Positions 1 to 11,660 of a stretch of 52,332 bases of DNA are shown piece after piece; the stretch's first letter is position 1; every line of letters begins with the position of its first letter. A program made the position numbers and the translations under genes. Below the pieces are notes generated by a model. It was not told the DNA's origin and did not search any database. It saw only the letters and a list, made by a program, of their open reading frames with translations. Origin of the DNA: Peribolospora baueri (taxonomy: Eukaryota). The stretch covers positions 124,001-176,332 of the forward strand of contig JAMDHS010000046.1 of assembly GCA_029717555.1 (NCBI GenBank), written 5' to 3'.

Positions 1-1574
1 ATGCGCGAAAAATCGAGCCAGGGTTGGCCGTTGGCGAAAGAAAAGTTGGGGTGGGCGGCGCGCTCAAAGGCAAAAAGGGCACGGAGGATGAAATCGGAGG
101 AGGCACCGATGTCGTCTTGGTGGCGGGAGACTTCGGCTCTGGAGAGCGGAGGCGAGAAAAGACGGGTTAGGTCGAAAGTCGGGAATGCGCAGGACGGTGG
201 ACGGACAATCCAGGGGCTCACAGTTGGAGAAGGGTGTCGATGTGCCAGGGGAAAACTCGTAGTAGTGCGACGAGCGTGTTAGGGTCTGACCATCATTCGA
301 TGACCGCCAAAGAAGTAGCACACACGCCATCAGTATGACGCCCCGACGAATCGAAGGATAAAGGAGACGATGAGGAGACCGCTCACCGTAGCTGCCGACA
401 GCACCCAAAAACTGATATTGAGCCTCCTTGTATGCCCTACTGTGTTTGTACGTGTACACTCTGCCCGCACCGCCGTCGCTGACGACCTCCATACTCAGGC
501 CGGTGACCGTGCTCGCGATGGGCGGCCAAGTGTCCTTGGGCTTGACGAGCACGCTCCGCACCCGCGCGTTGGGGTTGGACGCCGCGCCACCCCTCCTCCG
601 AGCGCTGGCCGCGATACTGGAGGCTTGGGAAGCTTCGAAGGACTTTACGACCGATGCGCCAAAGAGTCGTCGGAGCTCGGTGTCCGGGTCGAGCGCCTTG
701 GGGTCGACGGAGAGGAGGGAGCGGAGCTGAGCAGTGACGGAGGAGGAAGAGGCGTCGTTGTTGGAGGCCGAGCGTGTTGGGTGCCGCGCAGAGGAAGTAG
801 AGGCGGAGGCCGACGGCCCAAGCTGGTCGAGCATTCGGCTAAGCTCTTCGATGGTCAGGTCGTCCACGCGCGCGCCTTTGGCCTTGGCGCCGCCCTTGCG
901 CTTCCCCTTCTGCTTGGCAGACGACCTGGACGCGACACCGCCGGGCGTCTCAAGGGGCTTAGGAGACGACAGAGGTGTCGTAGAGCTTTCGACGCCCGGA
1001 GACGAAGAGGCGACCGTCATCTCCACAGCGCCATTACCCTTCTTCTTCTTCTTTTTCTTCTTCTTCTTTTCCGAGCTGGCCTTGCCCGAACCGGAAGCGG
1101 TAGAGACGTGCTCGCGACTGTCGTCCTCCTCCTCGTCCGCCGCGTCGTCCGCATTCAGCTAGTATAAAGATAAATGAGGGGAAAATGGGACAAGAAAGAG
1201 GGAAGAAGGGTAAGGAGGAATTACATATGGCAGATATGGAAAAGACCACATGGCGGTCCGAATCGAATCGAATCGAGTCGGCGTCGTCTAACTCAACAAA
1301 AACTCACAGCAGCGAACATGCCACCTGCGCTCGGGCCCGATCGCAGCCCCCTCGCCTTGGCGCCCGTGTTCCGGCCGTCCTCCTCCTCCTCCTCGTCTCC
1401 TCCCTCCCCCGTCGCCTCATCCTCCCCTCGTCCTCGCCCGCCGCCATCCTCAGAAACCCCGCGATCGTTGCTGGACGTGGGCACGCCCTTGCCACCCCTA
1501 ACCGAGGCGGCGGCAAGGATGTCGGCCAGCTCGTCTCGCTCGCGCGCCTGGCGCCTAGTGAGCCTTTTCGACAT
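1..1574 (-). CDS. RQC1: Ribosome quality control protein Rqc1/TCF25 (spliced; 3' part runs off the window)
   Basis: ATG 1574 (MSKRLTRRQARERDEL); intron 1307-1159 (GTGAGT..TAG) joins in frame to ORF 64..1026. It contains a K10 tract and LDPDTELRRLFG, LVKPKDTWPP and YTYKHSRAYKEAQYQFLGAV, followed by spliced exons DPNTLVALLRVFPWHIDTLLQL and FILRALFAFERAAHPNF, which are TCF25/Rqc1 motifs. Confidence 0.85.
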
Positions 1575-1887
1575 GTGCGGTGGGGCCGATCAAGGAGAAG
1601 TAAGAAAAGGAGGCCGATCAAAGAAGAAGTAAGCAATTCAGTTAAGAGGGCGGACGGAAGGATGATCCAAACAAAGAACGTAGCGAGCGAGCGAGCGAGA
1701 GCGGTCTATGCACTACCAGAAGCGCGAGCCATCCATTGTCTCGTATAATATGAATCGAATCGCGAAGCTTACGTGAAAGAACAAAGCAACCGATCCGTTC
1801 ACATCCGCCTATCTCCGGCTTTTGACCACATCGCCTCTCCATCCCTCAAAACTGGATCGCCGCCCCCACTCGCTCTCTAACTATGTT

Positions 1888-2010
1888 ATCTTTGTGCATG
1901 GGTTAGCGGCTCTCACAGTGAGGTTTTAACCGAGTGGAGCCAATTTGCTAGTTGCAAACAAACTATCCTTTACGTGCGCCTCTGTATAGAGGTAGCCAAT
2001 CTTTGGAAAA
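1888..2010 (+). ncRNA. U4: U4 spliceosomal snRNA
   Basis: 5' ATCTTTGTGCATGGG (U6 stem II partner); 5' stem-loop GGCTC..CAGTGAGGTTTTAACCGAG..GAGCC with kink-turn GA steps; TTTGCTAGTTG (U6 stem I partner); 3' hairpin GCCTCT-GTAT-AGAGGT; Sm-like site AATCTTTGG at 1998-2006. Order and length (~120 nt) match fungal U4. Confidence 0.85.
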
Positions 2011-2300
2011 CGACCCCCCCAAATCCTATGGGTGGACGGTGTAGACAATGTTTTTTATTTTCCTTCATTTTTACTCTCTTCTCTTCTTTCGGAGAGGGGT
2101 TACTGCCTTTTTTTTCTTTAAATTTTACTCTCATCAGAGAGGGGTTGCGGCAGCATCCTCTTGAGTCGTCGTCGCCGTCATCTTCGGTCAGGATTGGCTC
2201 GAAATGTACAATGGTATATTACTCGTAGCCAGACTAGCCAGCTAGCGCTCGCTACATCGGCGACGAAAGGCGAACGCAGGACTGGGAGAGATGCACATAA

Positions 2301-3090
2301 GGGACGGGACGGGACGGGACGGGACACGTAGATCGGACTGAGCGCTAGCTATGGGTACGACTCTGCGAGGCGGCTACGAGGTATGGGTACAGGACGGGGC
2401 AGGGCTAGATCGGGATTGGGATGGAAGCGGCGCCTTGGGGCAGCGCCGAGGTTGGGGCTGCGTTGGGGTTATGTGGCTGGGGTTGGCTAGGCGGAATGGG
2501 ATGGATGAAGACGGGGAGGAAGCGGACAACACAAAGCAACAAAGAGGTATCGTGAAATGCGTGTCGAACTGAACTGATGACGGAAGACGGACGGGGACGG
2601 ACGGACGACGGGCTGCGTGCGGTGCATGCAGACGAGAGTGGCAGAATGTGAGAGTGGCAAGGAACCGGGAAGAGAGAGAGAGAGGAAGAGAGAAGAGAAA
2701 GAAAGAGATGAAATGAAAAGTGAGGGAGACGTGGGAAAAGGAAGACGAGAGACGAGAGACTAAAGCGAACGGCTCTCGGACGACAGGAAGAGAAAGGAAA
2801 TAGACGAGCGACGCGGCCGAAGAAGCAGGAAGGATGATAGAGAGCCCACGAGAAGGCGAGGGGGCGAGAATACGGACGAGAGCGAGGAAAGGGGCTGGGC
2901 ACGAGAAGGGAGATTGGAAGGGAAGGGAGAAAGGAGGAAACGTCGGGCCGTTGGACGAATCGTGATGTGATATGATGTGATGTGTGTACGTGCTGGACGG
3001 TGTACGAGCAGCGCAAAGGCCGCACTGCGGTCTGGCTGCTTGCTGCTTTGCTGCTGATGGCTACTGCTGCTACTGCTGCTACTGCTGCTG
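2301..3090. repeat. Simple-sequence repeats downstream of the dehydrogenase: (GGGAC)n at 2301-2325, GA-rich tract at ~2670-2710, (GCT/ACT)n at ~3035-3090
   Basis: Tandem short repeats visible directly in the sequence. Confidence 0.8.
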
Positions 3091-3167
3091 GTGAGTGCTG
3101 GGTGCTGCTTGACCCGGTGCTACTTGCTGCCTTTCAAAGTCGGATCGAGAGGTAGGGTGTGGGGCGA

Positions 3168-5686
3168 TCAAAGCCCCTTTTTGTTCACGGCCTTGGTGGG
3201 CCGGATTCGCATGCTGCCCTTGAGCCACTCGCTGGCGTTTCCGATCACCTCTTCTTCCGCGCGGCGGAAGGTGCCGCTGGTGTAAGCGGCGGCATGCGGT
3301 TGGACGAGCACGTTGGGGTGCTTGGTCAACGCCGGGTTGACGAAGGGCTCATGGGGGAACACGTCCAGAGCGGCACGACAGACGCTACCCGTGCGGAGCG
3401 AGTTGACCAGCGCGGCCTCGTCGATGACTACCAGATGGGGATTGGGAGAGGCGTCATAAACGGGTGAGTCGAAACGGCCAGTCGAGAGGAACATGACAAA
3501 ACATGGACTCACCGGCGCCCCGGGAAGTATTGATGAGAAAAGCGCCCTTCTTCATCATGCCAAACTCGCGCGGGCCAAGGAGGCCCTTTGTCGACGAGGT
3601 GAGCGGACAGTGGAGGGACTGCGAGATGAGACCAGAGTACGCAGAGAACATGCGGGCGCGCCTCAGCGGAAAGGGAAAAGAAAAAAGAAAAAAAAAATAG
3701 AAAAGGGGGCGGAGGGGGAGGGGGCTCACCACCACGTCGGACATTTTGAGGAGTTCCTCCAAAGTCGGGAGGTAGGTGGCCAGGTTCTCGTCTAGAGGAG
3801 TGCCAGCGTGACAGAGAGGGTACGGTCAGCGGGCGACACCAAGGAAGGAAAAGAGCGTTGGATCGACGACCACCACTGACCGTTCTCGACCCTCCTGCGA
3901 TTATGATAGACGACGTTCATGCCGAATGCGGCCATCCTGCGCGCCACTCTGCGGCCGATGGCGCCCATGCCGATGATGCCGAGCGTGAGGCCTTCGGGGT
4001 CGACGCCGAGCGTGGGCTCGGGGACGACGGGCATTCCCTCGTAGAAGCGCGGCTCGAGCGAGTTGTCACAGTCGTTTTCCTGGACGGACAGAGTGGGCAC
4101 GGGAAGGTAGGGCAGCTTGGCCTCGCCGTCGTTCGGTAGCTTAACGTGTTGGTGGTGACCGACGGCGGCGTCGGAAGTGGGGAGCTGGTCGACGGCGTCG
4201 CGGAATGGGCTGGAGACAAACTCTGGCGAGGGCAGGTCACGCGTGTTGCGGTGGTCGGGCGTACACGGGCCGCTGCCGTCTTCGCTGTCCGAGGGCCCAT
4301 CGGTCGGGGCGGAGGTGTCGAGGGTGTCGTCTCTGGAGAGGGAGGAGAGAAGGGAGGATTCGAGTTGGGACGGCGAGTCGTCGGACGAGGAGGAAGCTGC
4401 GAAGGAGCGCGAGGAGGCCCAGGTGGGGCGCGCTGTGATGCCGTTTTCGACGACAACAGAGGAAGGGGAAGAGGCGGAGGCGGCGGCGCCGGCGAGAACG
4501 TCGGAGGTGAGATGCAAGACGCGCGAGGTGGGACGGGTGGAGAGGCCGAGGGCGGTGGTGGGGTCTTGGGCGACGGGGTCATCGGCGACCGAGGGGGAAC
4601 AGAGGAGGTTCATGTCTAGACTGTGAGTGACCCGCCGATGGGGGTTGTCCTCCTCGCTCTTGCCCTCGGACCGCGCCCATTCTCCGCAGCGGACGAAGCG
4701 GGCATTGGAGTCAAAGTCCCGGAGACAGGCGAGAATGAGCATGACGGTGGCGGTGGCCGTCGATTCACTGCGCATGGGGGTGTGTGTGTTTCAGTCGCTT
4801 GCGACCATGCCGAGATGAGAAGAGTCACCACTCACGTAACGGCGGTGGGCGTGTTGCAATACCAGGCGCCGACGCTGTCCATCCAATCGACGTCGACGTC
4901 GTCGTAACCGGCGCCGCCGCCGCTGAAGAAGCGACACCGGCGGCTGAGACCGGGCTCACAAAGGGGCTTGAAGAGGGAGGGTCCGAAGGGAGAAAAGGCG
5001 CCGTTGGGCAAGAACCTGGGAGATGATCAAGGATGGACAAGAAGGTCAGGTCGGGTCGGGTCGGATCACCCATCATCGATTTCGAACACGTTCGTTCGTT
5101 GCCCAGGCAGCGCGAGGCGCGTGGGAGGCGACATGGCCGGGCCCGAGCGACGTGGCCCGCGCGATGGATGGCTCGAGAGTTTAAAGACGGGTTGCGAACC
5201 CTGCGCCGGTCCGATCGCGTCGGCCGCCGATGACGGCGAGAACACACAGACGCACCATATGCAAGCATCGAAGCCGCCCCAGTGCTCGACGGCTTGGGCG
5301 ATTCGGTTCGCAGTCGTGGCGTGGTCGGCCGTCTCGAGACGGACGAGCTCGGCGTCGGAGCGCAAAGCAGCGATGGCCTGCGAAGGGATCGAGAGGCGGG
5401 GCGCGACGACAACGGCTGGTCAGCCAAGCTGGCCGGCACCGCACCGGCAAGTAATTGGCTCTTCGGCGAGTTTTTCATTTCTTTTTTTTTTTCCCTTTCT
5501 TTCTTTCTTTTCAAAAGAAGGAAAAAAGCGTAAAGAGGGAGGAGAGCGCACCTCAGCGGCGTACTTGGGCCAGCCGAGGACGAGGATACGAGGCCGCTCG
5601 GCGTCGCGGCCTTCTGTTTCTCCGGGCGGGGGGAGGACGGGTATGTTGACAAAGTCGCCGAGGGACTCGTCGATGGGCATGGCCAT
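3168..5686 (-). CDS. D-isomer-specific 2-hydroxyacid dehydrogenase (glyoxylate/hydroxypyruvate reductase-like), spliced, with a large low-complexity insertion
   Basis: ATG 5686 in ACCATGG context. Spliced exons give PRILVLG, FSGGGAGYDDVDVDWMDSVGAWYCNTPTAVTESTA, Rossmann motif LGIIGMGAIG..YHNRRR, SLHCPLTSST, LINTSRGAVIDEAAL, ALDVFPHEP and QPHAAAYT (catalytic Arg/Glu/His present). Stop at 3168. Confidence 0.9.
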
Positions 5687-5913
5687 GGTGGGCAAGGAGG
5701 GGAGCGCGGGAGAGCGAGCAGTCGGGCGAGGGCGAGGCGACGGGGGGAATTGGGAGCGCCGAGCGAGCGGTGAGCGGAGGATGGCGAGCGGAGGAACGGG
5801 GTGGGGGCCCTGGAGGAGGGAGGCGACGGAGGGGAGGGGAGGGGAGAAGAGAGGGCGGGGGGAAGGGAAGGGGAAAGGGAAAAAGGGTCGAGGTGGGCTG
5901 GTCGGGCTGGCGG

Positions 5914-5919
5914 TTTATA
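5914..5919 (-). promoter_or_regulatory. Putative TATA box of the dehydrogenase gene
   Basis: TATAAA on the minus strand, followed by a CT-rich tract, ~230 nt upstream of ATG 5686. Confidence 0.5.
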
Positions 5920-5989
5920 TGGAGGAGTGGGTGGGTGAGATGAGGATGAGAACAAGGGTATATGTGTAATGACGGTGTCCGTGTCTATC

Positions 5990-8900
5990 ATGTCAGGGCT
6001 GGCGCTGGGCTGACCAGTGAGCTGGAGCGGGGGGCGTCGGGGCTCGGCTGGCGAGAAGATGGGTGAGGTGACAGGTCGTGACTGACTGACGGCTGGCGGC
6101 TGGCGGCTGGCGGCAGCGGCGGCGGAGTGGAGGCGGCGGAGGCGGCGGCGGCTGTGGCATGGACTGGACTGGACTGGACTGACTGGGCGGACGCGGCGGC
6201 CGTCGTCATCCAATTTCTCCTTTTTCCTCTTTTCTTTTTTTTTCTTCTCGTCGATGGTGGAAACAGGTGAGCAGTGAGGAGTGAGGAGGCGAGGCGTCTG
6301 TCTCTGCTGTGTCCGTCCGTTCGTTCGTCCCGGGTGTCCGGGTGTTATGGCGTGTGCGGACACGGTGGAAGGGGAGGGGAGGTAGGAAGGACGAAGGAAG
6401 CAAGCAAGGACGGGGAAGGGGAAGGGAAGGGAAGGGAAGGGGAAGAAGGGGGAGGGGAAGGAAGGGGAAGGGGTTAGGAGAGGAGCCGAGAGCCGACCGA
6501 CCGACAGACCGGATTCGGGTTGTCGCTCGCTCGCTCGCTCGCGCACGGTCCCCAACTCTACTCAACTCGGACCCAAGCCCAAGCCAAAGCCCAAGCTTTG
6601 GTCGCAAGCACGGAGATGGGCGAGTGGGCCAACCTAAAACCATCAAAAGCGCGGGAGCGAAAACGGAGCTGGTTTGCGAGATGCATCCCCGTTCCATTCT
6701 CTCGCCGACGCCTCGATGGACGGGCCGGGTGAACGAGTGAGTGCAGGAGACTGTCTAGACAGAAGATAGATAAATAGACATAGATACACATACACACCTA
6801 CATCATCGTACATACGTGGGCGACGTGAGATGAGACGGCGGGGACGCGACACAGGACAAGAGCAAAGAAAGATCGGTGGAGCGGAACCGGCGGCTCGCAC
6901 TCGGCCACGCTCACACACACGTTCGCGTCTGCAACCCCACGTCCGTCCGTCGTCTCGTTCACCGCCCGACCCGTTCGCCCGTCATCGTAAATCGGCCCCC
7001 GTCAGCGCAGCCCCGTCATCCGTCTCAGCGGCCGGCCAGCCAGAAAGCCAGAAAGCCGCGGTTCCGGGTCGGCAAACGGCCCAGCCAGCCAGCCAAGCCA
7101 AGCCCAGCGGAGCGCGCGCTTTCGGTCCCTTTCCTTGGTCCGTCGCCTCGGCGCCGTCGGCCCCCGGCACCGACCGGCGGTGGGCTGGCGCGGGCGGACG
7201 GGCGGGCGGACGCACTCGGGGTATGGGTTGGGTGGGATGGGCACGGGAGGTAACTAACTGACCAACGGAACGGTCAATGGATGGATGCGGTCGGTGCTCG
7301 ACTCGACCGTGGGTGCGTTTCGTGGGTGCGCCGGCGGCGTGGCTCAGTAGCGTGGCGGCCGGCCGAGGAGAATGAAGCGGCGGTGCGGACGAAGGAAAAG
7401 CCGGGGCGTGATTCCGGCGAAGCAAGGGAGGGAGGAGGAGGGCGACGGAGGGAGCAAGGAAGCGAAGGAGGGAACGAGGCTAGCAAGGAAAGGAAAGGAA
7501 GCAAGCGGACGGATGAGAAGAACGCAGCCGTGCCTTTCGTCGCCCGGCATGCCATCATTCCGTCATTCCGTCATTACGCCGTCAGTACACAATTCCACAT
7601 TAGCCCCGCTTCTATCTAGCGATTTCTATCACTAACCACCTACTCCACTACTCGAGGAGCTAGCTAGTCACGCTAAGGTAGCTGCGTACCCCGCTCCGCT
7701 CGCCAAGCCCAGCCCAGCCCAGCCTGCCCCTCGCGTCTCGCCTCATTTTTTTTATCCCCTCCGCCCTCCGTTCGTCCCCGGGGCGAGCGAAGAAGGATGG
7801 GGGGCACGGGAAGTGAAGAAAGGGGAGGATCGTGGGGATCGTGGGACGGGACGCGGTGCTCTGTCATGCCATTCATCCATTCATTCATCCATCCGTCATC
7901 TATCCGTCATCCATCCGTCATCCATCCCTCCCGCAGCAGATGGAGACAGCCGGACGGGCACGGGGGGACCGACCGACCGACCGACGAACGGACCGACCGA
8001 CAGACCGACAGACAAGCAGACAGGCAGACGGGATCGTGCCGACGGATGCATCTGGCATAATAACAACTACATACGGCACTTGTGCTTGCATCGGCCACTC
8101 GCTCCGTCCACTCGGTCTCGGCGGAACTCCGTCGGTATGTTCATCTCGGAAAGCGTGCGAACAAACAAAGCCACTGGCCATGCGGCGGCGGAGGCAGAGC
8201 GAGAGCGAGAGACGGAGGGAGGAAAGAAGGGCCGCTTGCTACGTTCTATGTCCATCCACACCCAAAAAAGAAAAGAAAACACTAGGTACACAACGCGTCG
8301 TCCCTTGGTCCATTCCCGCTCGGCCGCCATTGCGCCACTCGCAAGCGAATTACCGGACTACCACTTGCCGGACATGCATACGTTACAGTCAATAACCGCT
8401 CCGTCGTTCGCCGACCCCAAAGCGAGGCTCGGCTCGGCCGGCCGGCCGGTCGGTCGGTCGGTCGGTCGATCGGCTTGGACCGATGGACTGGACGCGGGCC
8501 AGCGCCGGCTGCAGCCAGATGGGCCAGGCAACAGCAGCGGCATGTCGCGCTGGACGTCAAGGTTGCGTACGTTTCTGTATGGTGTATATGTAAGTATATA
8601 TGTGTGTATGTATATATACATATATATGTGTGTGTGTGCGTGTATGGAGGTGGCCACGTAGCTATGTAGGGATGTAGGGATGTGAGCATGCAAGTGTCGG
8701 TGTACAAGTTGCGCGGGTGACAGCGTGATCGGAATCACCGCGGCACCGCCTCGATCGGTCGCCATCCCTGCGCTGCGCCTGCTCCCGTCGTCCCCGTCTC
8801 TTTGTTTTCTTTTCTTCGTTCTTCGTTCTTCGTTTCCTGATGCCAGGGGTTGAGGGGTCGGTTGGTCGGGGACCATGTCGGGCGCATTTGCACCGCGAAT

Positions 8901-11640
8901 CGGCTCCATCTCCGAAAAGCAGGGGGTGGGGGAGGGGGGTTGGGTGGGCACACACACGCGTACTTGGGTCGCATCGTCGAATCCTAATCCATTGAAACCC
9001 CTTCTGGGCCAACTCTGCCGCCCGGCTCCGTGGCGGCAGCGGCGGGGATGGAAGAGTCGGATTGGGCTCCATGCCTCCCTCAGCCAAACGTGCACGTCAC
9101 GACGCGACGACGCGGAGCCAGCCAGTAGGCCGAGCTGGCCATCTAGCTACATAATCAGTCAGCCGAGGAGGGTAACTAGCTCAGCTCGCTCGCCCCCGGC
9201 CGGACCCGTCATTGCCTTCTTCCGTCGTCCATCCACCCTGTCGGTCCTCATCCGTCCAGGGGGCGCCATGCGCATCTTCCGTCCTCCTCCCTCCTTCGCG
9301 TCCGTCCTTCCTCCTCCCTCCCCTGCGTCCATCTTCCGCCTCCGCCGTCCCTCTTCGCTCGCAGGTCGGTCGACGATTCTACGTTACGTCGCCGCTTATC
9401 GGGAGAGCGTCAACGGGCTCGAGTCGAGTCGAGCCCAGTCGTCGTCCGCCCAGCGGATCAGATAGCGAGCGCTTCTTCGTGGTCCAGAGTGTGGATCCCG
9501 GCTCTTGTTTCCGAGCCCATGCACGGCCGCAGCTCGTCAATGACCACACATACATACATACTGTACGTACTGTACATGCTCACTCCACCCAGCTCGCTGG
9601 TGCTGCTGCTACTGCTGCTCCAGGTGCTGCTCAGCACCGCCAGCTCGAGCTCCTTAGCACCACCACCCACGCCGCCTTCTTTCTTCCCTCGCTCGGCCTC
9701 CTCTTCTCTCCTTTCTCACTCTGCTTCCTTCCCTGTAAGCCTCGGGGAGACTTGGTTCGTCGTCGACCTTGGCCGACCTTTCCGATTCGCCCCTTCGTGT
9801 TTGCTTCCCTTCTTTCCACACCCATCGGCTCGCCCCCGGCTCCCCTCCCATCTCATCTCGCCAAACAACCGCTCGCTCCCGTCCCCGCTTCTCACCCACT
9901 CGCGCACGTGCCCTCCTCTCTCTCCTTCCCTCCTTTCTCTCCCACCCACTTTGCCTGTCGCCGTAAACCGGGGACATCCGTCTCAAACTCTGTCGCCCTC
10001 CTCCCGCCGCCGCGTTGCCGCTGCACGCTAGGTACAGCCGAGCCGCACCGCCGCACCACCCGAGATGCGTTGCGAATGCGGCCCATCACATCGCGGCGGC
10101 GGCGGCGACTCGGGCGCGTGCGGTGCGGTGCGGTGGTGCGGTGGTGCGGTGGTGCGGTGCTGTATGTAGTTGGTTTCCAAGTGGACTGCGTAAATGGACA
10201 GTTAGGTCACCCACGCACCCACGCACGCACTTGCACCGACGGATGGACGGGCGGACTCCACATGACTGCGACGCCGAGCTCGCCTCCACTCGACGCCGCA
10301 CGCACGGGGACCGAGCGGGTGGGTGTGTGTGCGTCTGACCAGACCAGACGAGACCAGATCCGATCCGATCAGACCGTGCCCAGCAGGGCCGGGCCCCGTT
10401 GGCCGGTACGGTGGGTGGGGATGGGGTGCGATGCAGTGCAGTGCGACCCACTCCGTTCCTTCGCTTCCTCCGTTTAGATTCATTTTCCCCTCGTTTCCCC
10501 TTCGCGCCTCTGTCGCTTTGTCGCTCGCTCGCTCGCCGCGCCCAGCTCGGACCTCGGGCCGACTAGTTCGACGTTAGCGCCAGCCCAGTTGTCATCATAG
10601 TGTACAGCATGCATGCATGTCGTTGGCCGACATGGGCCCAAGCGAACGAGCGGGCTACTGCCGGCTAAGCACCGTCCCGAAGGGGTGGTTGGGGATAGCG
10701 TTTGGACGAGATGAATTTGTTGACAAGAGAATTATTGACGAGGCGAGGCACGCAGCGACGCAGCGAAGCGTCTTTTAAGGCGCCGACATCGCTTAGCCGA
10801 TTTCTGGTCCGCTTAGGTCGGGCGCCCAAAGCAAGGACTCGCTCTAGGGACGCCCACGCGACGCAACGCGACGCGACGCATCGCAACCCAACGCAATGCA
10901 GTGCAACGCAACGCGGCGCAACGGAGCGCGTCGCGGCGAGCGGCAAGGAAGGACGTTCTCGTCCTCGTCCTTGCTTTAAGCACCGCACCGGGCAAAGGCA
11001 TGGACGGACTCGCTTGCTGCTGGCCGCTCACCTGCTTGGGGTGTCCAAGCGACCCAACCAAAAAACCAACCAACCACTCGCAACCCCAACTCGCTTGCTG
11101 ACGAGACGACGACGACAACGGGCGCACGCTCTACTTGGCCTCGCTCGCGCCTTACCGTGCAGTCCCGCGACTCTGCCGAACCGCTGAGAGCGTTCTCATG
11201 CAGCGCCGACCCAGATCCCAGATCCCGACGCACACGCGCCCGTCGTACCCGTGCGGCGGGCGGCAAGGATCTCGCCTGCCAAGCGGCCTACGTGCGGTGC
11301 GCAAGCGGGGAGACAGACAGAGAATCTTGCACGTCGCTCACCCTCTCTTTCCCTTCATCCTTCATGCCTCGACGCACGCAACGGGTCGCGACTGAGTGTT
11401 CTCCGGTGCTCGCTAAATGGACCCACGACAACCCATCTCGAACTCGTCAAATGCAGCCGGTTGGTTGGTCGATTTCATCAGACGCACAAACACACACACC
11501 CCTACTTTTCCTTCCCCCGCTTATGACCTCGACCTCGCGCGCAGTCAGCCAACCGCCCGCGCTCTTCGCGACTCATTTCGGCTCGCCTCGAGATGGACCG
11601 ACCGCTGCTCTCGCCCGAAGCCCGCCCGCTCGCCTCGTTC
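5990..11640. repeat. ~5.7-kb GC-rich non-coding region dense in 2-5-mer microsatellites
   Basis: (GGACT)n ~6161-6185, (GGAAG)n ~6410-6470, (CCGA/CAGA)n ~7966-8025, (GGTC)n ~8447-8468, (TA/TG)n ~8580-8645, (GGTGC)n ~10117-10160, (ACGCR)n ~10855-10920. The ORFs here are low-complexity with no recognisable motifs. Confidence 0.75.
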
Positions 11641-11660
11641 GACAACGCACACCCACCTAG

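Noticed and set aside
4825..6555. 576-aa minus-strand ORF
   Set aside because: Low-complexity read-through of promoter, introns and off-frame exons of the dehydrogenase; its ATG at 5991 lies upstream of the TATA box.
9212..10477. 421-aa ORF and the overlapping signal-peptide-like LVLLLLLLQVLL ORF (9489..10031)
   Set aside because: Produced by (GCT)n and CT-rich microsatellites in GC-rich DNA; no motifs or coherent exon structure.
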